From Giardia intestinalis (lineage: Eukaryota), in NCBI GenBank assembly GCA_000002435.2, contig CM018790.1: a stretch of 64,000 bases of DNA; one strand, written 5' to 3'. Below are positions 59,101-64,000 of this stretch, piece by piece (positions within the stretch are counted from its first letter, which is position 1; the number at the start of each line of letters is the position of its first letter). The translations under genes and the position numbers were made by a program. The notes beneath the pieces are model-generated. The model had not been told where the DNA came from and did not search any database. It saw nothing but the letters and a program-made list of their open reading frames with translations.

Positions 59101-60472
59101 GCATCAAACACGTGTGGCCACTAATCAGCTTTCTGTCGGCATGGGGCAGCAACAGACTCAAATCTGGTAGATCCTCCGGTTTATGAGAGATTGTGAGCAC
59201 AAGAGGGGTAATACCGGATGCCTTATACTTGTGCGCCTCCTTCTCCTTCAGCATGGAAAACAACTCTAGATTGCCTGATGCCAATGCATAGCAAGATGCA
59301 CATCCACCATTGCTATCAATGTATGAATTTTCGTAGTCAATGAGGAATCCAACGACGCGTTGATTGCGAGCTGAAGAAGAAGCACAGCCTTCAGATGTCA
59401 CAGTGGCGAGAGAATATTCGCGAGGGGATGGGTAGAGTGAGCCGACTGGTTGACTCGCTAGATGAATCAGCGATGTGCGTCCCACTCTATCTACACGGCC
59501 AGCAAAGTGTAGAAGATAGAGCGTGTTCTCGCTGAACCAGCTATCTCCTGCCAGCATAGATTCAATAAGTGGGCAAAGGAAGTACTTCGATGTGTCTAGT
59601 TTTTGTGTGTAGCTTTGTTTGATGGGCTCCATGAGCTTGTGGATATTCGGGGTATTCAGCAGTGCTTCTGCCGTCATAATGACATTGAATGAAGGGGAGT
59701 TCATTAACGCAAGAACATACTTGAGTGTTGGTATACAGAGGGAGGCGTTTGCCGATGCTTCTAGAGATGATTTGGCTGGTCTCGACGTCGCCCGCCGAAC
59801 GGACAAGGAGATCTCTGTGGAAAATCGTATCATGTTTACCGGAGTCCTTGCACGCATAGCTGACTTGATAGCTCTTTTCTCGGTAGGAACACTACCTAGT
59901 GCATTGTCTCTGTCCAACGTGTCAGACCCATCCTGCTCTGCCCCCAGCCGACAACGCCGAGTGACAAGGGCATTATGTTCCACTAGATCATTGACGCATG
60001 CATGTAGACCCATCAATTGGTCCAATAGGCTTTTATCGAGATGCAGAGTCGAGACGCTGATCGCATGGGGAATGGAGATCTGGACCATCCCATTCTCTAG
60101 GAGGAGTACGGACTGTTGAGAAATCAGCTGGATGGTCGAGATCTTATTGAGCTCGAGATGCTGGATTGCATGGAGAAGGCAATAGAAAATGCGCCAGAGA
60201 AGCTCCTCGGCAATCTCCATGTGTTGTATTCGGTATTCTGTCACCAGATCGCTGAGTAAAATAGAACCTTTTGGCCTGTAGTAATGGATAAAGCAGTGCT
60301 GCTCGCGCTTCATTATTTTGTGGGGCCGCAGGATGTACGGGGATCCTAGCTGCAGAAGTGGTGCCATGTACTCGCTCATGCATGTCGCAGTTCCATTCTC
60401 TCCAAAGGCTTCTCGCAAGTCGATGACTGGCTCAATAATTAAAACCTCCTCTTCAAATCCGAAGTGTTCCAT
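56174..60472 (-). CDS. Ankyrin-repeat protein (protein 21.1 family) with an N-terminal kinase-like remnant
   Basis: 1432 aa with an ATG start. More than 25 ANK repeats over the C-terminal ~1000 aa (GRTALMHAIQCGNIKLANALI, GKTALMYCAQYNNINLTKLLV, GWTALMWAVASGNTEGVELLK, GFTALHFAATGGHEECVRILL). The first ~150 aa keep only C-lobe-like kinase traces (CMSEYMAP) and no catalytic motifs. Confidence 0.85.
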   Translation of the reverse strand: MEHFGFEEEVLIIEPVIDLREAFGENGTATCMSEYMAPLLQLGSPYILRPHKIMKREQHCFIHYYRPKGSILLSDLVTEYRIQHMEIAEELLWRIFYCLLHAIQHLELNKISTIQLISQQSVLLLENGMVQISIPHAISVSTLHLDKSLLDQLMGLHACVNDLVEHNALVTRRCRLGAEQDGSDTLDRDNALGSVPTEKRAIKSAMRARTPVNMIRFSTEISLSVRRATSRPAKSSLEASANASLCIPTLKYVLALMNSPSFNVIMTAEALLNTPNIHKLMEPIKQSYTQKLDTSKYFLCPLIESMLAGDSWFSENTLYLLHFAGRVDRVGRTSLIHLASQPVGSLYPSPREYSLATVTSEGCASSSARNQRVVGFLIDYENSYIDSNGGCASCYALASGNLELFSMLKEKEAHKYKASGITPLVLTISHKPEDLPDLSLLLPHADRKLISGHTCLMLAAVYNASAWVPHFIDQKNAYLTDGTSALMLAADRGHTAIVKMLAPHEIKHRDKNGNTALLRLLKSCLTCLKSSPDLWKELGLDERHKILQDIVSILAPGESDVVDSRGIFPIDYAIELNDEEIVQILATHPYPKRLPGQRTRMMNACMNANYALTCALYRSEVGIIDDDGRTALMHLSRSPETTEGLRCTQLLLQSEVSLRDKEGKTALIHACMCGNIEQVKLLYRYECGLLYVDKETQEELTELQLIQRVCASEQILNYINGNTPVPRDTLERTPLMKYAVYSSRKMRGVKRINCEADEVDIQSPELSLDCKSFYTDIFTSELYALVDAQAGMRDKNGKTALMYCAQYNNINLTKLLVGKELYLRTISGETALMHCSKEPLISCKILEHLVKESGITDTQGRTALMHAIQCGNIKLANALIEREAGAVDVSGHCALHYSVFNKKLNPVSTKLISKESHITDRRGHTSFMIACQAGNEKIAELLFKPEYLGVKDGRGWTALMYSCHFKMERLIEMTLEDAGTTMSRKQCRFPHDCYLQHKILAAVDKDCLTALHLYIQAQGCCESTLSALYIKERTISTASGKSPLYLAIAVRNTVAAEALSRYEIDRGDIYDNKGNTPLMTAVLVRDIATIELLAPYFCGLKNKRNGKSALFMAIDNCYEEGCAVLCQYEAKILNKQGKYPFYAAIEKKQKNIAQLLLPWNAGLISPSGHYALYASLTNGMADISMQLIEREERYLPLDRVSHLMVAAATHKNIEPYMDCAGKQDKNGYTALVYAILCGNKEAAQVLLGKESDLADKTGQTALMYAAQYGMNEVITSPHFSTCLQKQTQKGWTALMWAVASGNTEGVELLKTAEARLTTVDGETALMLAARSGQARAVEALAPLEGGLCVTALSSLQRGFTALHFAATGGHEECVRILLELTQEAYTRTFARKTAAEWARTYNFPACAELIESAVSLAKASEGLTDPKGSEKV

Positions 60473-60523
60473 TTTTATTTACTAGATGATTATTAAGTAA
60501 TTACTGATTGATTGCGTCAATGC

Positions 60524-62785
60524 CTAAAGAACTCTTGCAAAAACGTCATAGTTTTCAGAAAGATCTATCCACGCGCCCCTGTCTAGAAGCTTGAAACATA
60601 TATTGTAGTCCCCTACCGATGAAAGGTGAATAGAGTCCACGTATTTTCCTCCCACAAGAAGGTCGAGAACTTGCGGACCAGCAATGATTGTCACATCCCA
60701 TTGGAAGTGAGATTGCCCCATGATCACATGACCCTCGGCGAGGCCTCCGTACTCCTTTGTGAACTCAACGTACACTAATATAGTACCATCGCCACACTTG
60801 AATTTGAGATGGTAGAACTTGTCTTCCCCGTTGGGCCCTCTGTTAGAAAATGGTTCATTGCATTGCTTCTTGGCGCACTGGGACACCATGACTTTCGTGT
60901 AGTTAATGGGACTCTCTGTAGTTGAGGTCACTGCTGTTATACGCTTATATGTCTCTGTCCCGTTGCAAGTTGTCTGTGCAACTAGTTTTGGTTCGTGCTT
61001 TAAGCCATCTTTGGTTGCAGCCACTGATAGAAATGGAGGCAACGCCTCTTCCTTAGATTCATCTTTTTTCTTTAGTAACTTACCGAACACTAGTTTGGGC
61101 TTTGACCTGCTGAATGACGTCATTGGACGCTTGTTTTGAACAATGGGCGAGTCACTCCTACTAAGCTCCGACAGATCCTCTTTATCTACCACCTTTGCAT
61201 ATGCGTTTGCGTTACACACATCAAGCAACTCTTCGTTTGACTGATAAGCGCTGAATTCATAGGTATTATCTAAGTCGCACTTCTGGTTTAATTGACCTAT
61301 GCAGCTGTCCTTCATATCCTTCAAGGCCTGCTCTGCTGGTAGCATCGAAGCACTGTTCACATGCGGCCCCTTCACAAGGCCGCTCTCGGTGTTTGTTACC
61401 GGCACCAGTAAGCTCTGAGGATTGGCTTCATATCTAACACTGGAGCGACGGTAAATGTCGGTAGCTCCCCCCAGAATGCGTGTGCCAGGTACGAAGGGAG
61501 CTGTGGCGCTGGGGACTTTTGTGTGGTCTATGTTTTTGAGTATCTTCTCAGATGGAGTGCTGCTATTGGCCCCGGTCTGGAGAGTAAGGGTATTCACAAC
61601 GACATTTCCTAGTACATTGAAAACCTCAGGGCCAGGCTCTGTAAATGTTCCAGTAACGCTACTAGTGGGCCCACAGTTGGCATGGAGTGGAACGTGAAAA
61701 TAAGATGCAAGGACATCTGGGCTAAGTATGGTTTGGTCTGAAGGTATCGGGGTTGAAAGAGAAGGGTTGTAGTTGGACCACCACGGAAAGAACTCGGAGG
61801 ATGAAAAGATAAAGGGGTTCTGCAGTTTGACAACGACGTCAGGGAAATTAGCCGTTACCTTATTTGATCTATGACTCGAGATATTCTTTGAGTCGCAGAG
61901 CTCAAATGTCGGGGTAGAAACAAGCGTCGCTGTGAGTAGGAGAACTCTACGCAGAAAGATCTGGCACGAATAACGGCCATACTGCCGAAAGGAGAGATCG
62001 TTAACAACGGTATAAGCAGCCATGCCCTGGCGGCCACGGGGGAAGCGCGGGGTACTCATGTTAAATAGTAGTGAGCGCATCAGATCGGTCTGGACCACAA
62101 TCCGCGTCTCGTCGTCATAGGAAGCAGAGCAAGACATGTTAAGGTTCTTTATAGAGTGTACTATGGCATTTTCCACGCTAATACCTGAAAGCTTTTTATA
62201 TCTAGTAGTTGTAGTAGACAGAAGAGAGCAGAAAGCACTGATATCCGAGTCAAGACAGCTGAAAGGCCCATGCGTGTCTGTATAATCCTTATCTCCTAGC
62301 CTAACGCCGATTGATATTTCGCTTTGGTACTCATTTCCACTGGCAACCTCTCCAGGAAAGAGTCCAGCGGCCCGCTTGCCTTTACTACAGGGTTCAATCC
62401 GAGTAACAATCTCGTAAGCTATGCTTCGCTGAACATTTGAGTCCTGAAGAGTATTGAGTGTGGATGATCGTATTACCATGACCAATATTCCAGAAATATT
62501 AGACATTAAAGCTATATTCTTAGGATACAAGAAGTAGTACTCAGAGTCTTTGACAGACGGGAGCCACGGTGCAGCAGCCTCCAGGCAACTGTAGAGATAA
62601 TCTCCATGCGCAGAGTCGCGCCGCGCCTTGTTGGTGACGCTTTTTAACCGCTGAGAAAAATCTGTTGCTGTATGCTCTGAGCAATCCGAACGTTGAGAAG
62701 GAATCCTGTTTCGGGTATGTGACCCCGGAACAGCACCAACCTTTGATATTTCATCGGTGTGGCTTGCTGTGCGTAGATGTGCCAT
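60524..62785 (-). CDS. Hypothetical protein (753 aa)
   Basis: Long ATG-start ORF with a Ser/Thr-rich middle and a C-terminal ~120 aa predicted beta-rich (FYHLKFKCGDGTILVYVEFTKEYGG...). No recognised family. Confidence 0.6.
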   Translation of the reverse strand: MAHLRTASHTDEISKVGAVPGSHTRNRIPSQRSDCSEHTATDFSQRLKSVTNKARRDSAHGDYLYSCLEAAAPWLPSVKDSEYYFLYPKNIALMSNISGILVMVIRSSTLNTLQDSNVQRSIAYEIVTRIEPCSKGKRAAGLFPGEVASGNEYQSEISIGVRLGDKDYTDTHGPFSCLDSDISAFCSLLSTTTTRYKKLSGISVENAIVHSIKNLNMSCSASYDDETRIVVQTDLMRSLLFNMSTPRFPRGRQGMAAYTVVNDLSFRQYGRYSCQIFLRRVLLLTATLVSTPTFELCDSKNISSHRSNKVTANFPDVVVKLQNPFIFSSSEFFPWWSNYNPSLSTPIPSDQTILSPDVLASYFHVPLHANCGPTSSVTGTFTEPGPEVFNVLGNVVVNTLTLQTGANSSTPSEKILKNIDHTKVPSATAPFVPGTRILGGATDIYRRSSVRYEANPQSLLVPVTNTESGLVKGPHVNSASMLPAEQALKDMKDSCIGQLNQKCDLDNTYEFSAYQSNEELLDVCNANAYAKVVDKEDLSELSRSDSPIVQNKRPMTSFSRSKPKLVFGKLLKKKDESKEEALPPFLSVAATKDGLKHEPKLVAQTTCNGTETYKRITAVTSTTESPINYTKVMVSQCAKKQCNEPFSNRGPNGEDKFYHLKFKCGDGTILVYVEFTKEYGGLAEGHVIMGQSHFQWDVTIIAGPQVLDLLVGGKYVDSIHLSSVGDYNICFKLLDRGAWIDLSENYDVFARVL

Positions 62786-62989
62786 GCTTTCTTTAAAGTT
62801 ATTTTCTCTTTCTTGAGAAACTTAGAAACGTTAAGACGAGCAAAGAGACTATGCTCATTCAATGCGCTGGCTTGTAGCTTGATCTGAGCCAGTACTAACA
62901 GGTCTTGTTATCGAAAGCCTCTAGCATCTCCTTCTTGCTGACTTCCCCCGACTGATTTATCAAAAAAAGATAGTGGCAGAGTTCAAGCC

Positions 62990-64000
62990 ATGGCCACACT
63001 GCGGCAGGAGAAAGTCGATTTTATTACGCAAAAGCTAGCGGAGGCGTACACAAGTCGGCCTCGCTCCACTGCGTTTCATGGGGGCTCAAAGCCTTCCGAC
63101 TTTTATAGCATGGGACTTCCCTCCAGTCTAACGAAGAGTATGGATACGGTCCACTCTCGCTTAGCTTCTGCCAAGATGACCTCCATAAACCCTAAAAAGT
63201 CCGTGTCAGTCTTGGCGGAAGCAAATCACGAATATAACGGAATGGACCACAATCTCTTCCTCGCCGTGCATCACAGCTCCAATCTCAATGACGACAAGAG
63301 ACTAGAATCAGTTATAGCTGCAAGGATCAAGGACTCTCAGAGACCTATCAGTACCACTAGACCGATGGGCTCTGCTGCCTCTACAATAGGGATCACATCT
63401 GTTTACGAGCAAAAAGCCCCTGACTCTGCACGCCTGTTTGATGGAGCAACGGCTTCGAGCCATTCGCGGCTGTCAACCAAGACTATTGACAGCCCCGCTG
63501 TGTCCAGGCCGACGTCAAGCCTCTCTCAGTCTGGGTACACAAAGGGCACCGTCATAACCGTGTCGCGTGAAGCACACGAAGCAATGGAGGCCAACCGTGA
63601 AGCTCATCAAGATCAGCTTCAGACACCCGCAGGTGGCTCGCGAACAGATGCAAGTTTACACAAGTATAGGCAGGGAGGCTCAAGATCCAGTTCACGAAGA
63701 GAGTCGCGGACAGGGTCACGTGTCCCAAGCGCCATAAGAAAGTCGACTGCACTGGATATAGATGCACTTGTGGTAGATGATGCGCATTCCGGGGCACTTC
63801 AACAGATCACAGACGCTGACAAGCAGGATGTTGCGGTATCTCCCCAGGAATCAGGCAGCTTGACTGTCCTTCCATATGCGCCCCATGTCCGTCCGATTCA
63901 AAAGCACGTTACACTCAATCGGTTGAACGACGGTCTCCGCATTCTTCGAGAGACAAATATGAGGTATGGGCTGGGGAATATGGAGCCAAACAACCGTCCC
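62990..64000 (+). CDS. Hypothetical protein, N-terminal 337 codons only; continues past the window end and is absent from the ORF track because it is partial
   Basis: My own translation from the ATG at about 62990 (MATLRQEKVDFITQKLAEAYTSRPRS...) to position 64000 has no stop. Ser/Thr/Arg-rich and low complexity. Start position is +/-1. Confidence 0.45.
   Translation, partial: MATLRQEKVDFITQKLAEAYTSRPRSTAFHGGSKPSDFYSMGLPSSLTKSMDTVHSRLASAKMTSINPKKSVSVLAEANHEYNGMDHNLFLAVHHSSNLNDDKRLESVIAARIKDSQRPISTTRPMGSAASTIGITSVYEQKAPDSARLFDGATASSHSRLSTKTIDSPAVSRPTSSLSQSGYTKGTVITVSREAHEAMEANREAHQDQLQTPAGGSRTDASLHKYRQGGSRSSSRRESRTGSRVPSAIRKSTALDIDALVVDDAHSGALQQITDADKQDVAVSPQESGSLTVLPYAPHVRPIQKHVTLNRLNDGLRILRETNMRYGLGNMEPNNRP

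Noticed and set aside
1-64000. Prokaryotic accessory-genome interpretation (defence islands, operons, CRISPR)
   Set aside because: The content is eukaryotic: chaperonin CCT, SAR1, Vps34, RNA polymerase Rpb11, a VSP with the CRGKA tail and ankyrin/NEK expansions. There are no Shine-Dalgarno-spaced operons and no CRISPR repeats.

Overview
This 64 kb window reads as nuclear DNA from a diplomonad, most likely Giardia intestinalis, and not from a prokaryote. Three things point there: a variant-specific surface protein (VSP) gene ending in the Giardia-specific ...CRGKA tail, with an AGTAAAC polyadenylation signal 13 nt past its stop; several ankyrin-repeat genes whose N-terminal kinase-like domains fit the NEK family; and long coiled-coil proteins. 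Genes are intron-less and tightly packed, with some intergenic spaces of only 17-18 bp. The ORF track appears to accept TTG and GTG as start codons, so I moved several starts to the first in-frame ATG and say so in each feature's evidence. Where I indexed positions by reading the printed sequence they may be off by one base. Coordinates taken from the ORF track, or computed as codon offsets from it, are safe. The recognisable genes are: thiamine pyrophosphokinase, a Dim1/TXNL4 protein, a long ankyrin-repeat protein with a degenerate kinase-like N-terminus (likely pseudokinase) plus two further ankyrin-repeat proteins, a CDC50/LEM3 flippase beta-subunit, CCT-gamma chaperonin, SAR1, a CPSF_A/DDB1-family beta-propeller protein of 1801 aa, a bacterial-type (class II) HMG-CoA reductase with a long C-terminal tail, a Myb/SANT protein, an Rpb11/AC19-type RNA polymerase subunit, a PP2C phosphatase, Trp-tRNA synthetase, a Vps34-type PI3-kinase of 1638 aa, a cysteine-rich PSI-domain membrane protein, and two paralogous coiled-coil proteins. 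The most unusual structure is the VSP locus at about 21.3-30 kb. The intact VSP gene sits between two decayed, mutually paralogous NEK-kinase/ankyrin pseudogenes in inverted orientation. It is followed by about 2.9 kb of GC-rich sequence (roughly 62-72% GC by hand count) with no convincing coding frame. There is also a decayed ankyrin fragment carrying an (AAC)7 microsatellite near 3 kb. I found no rRNA, tRNA or CRISPR sequence and no mobile element I could support.
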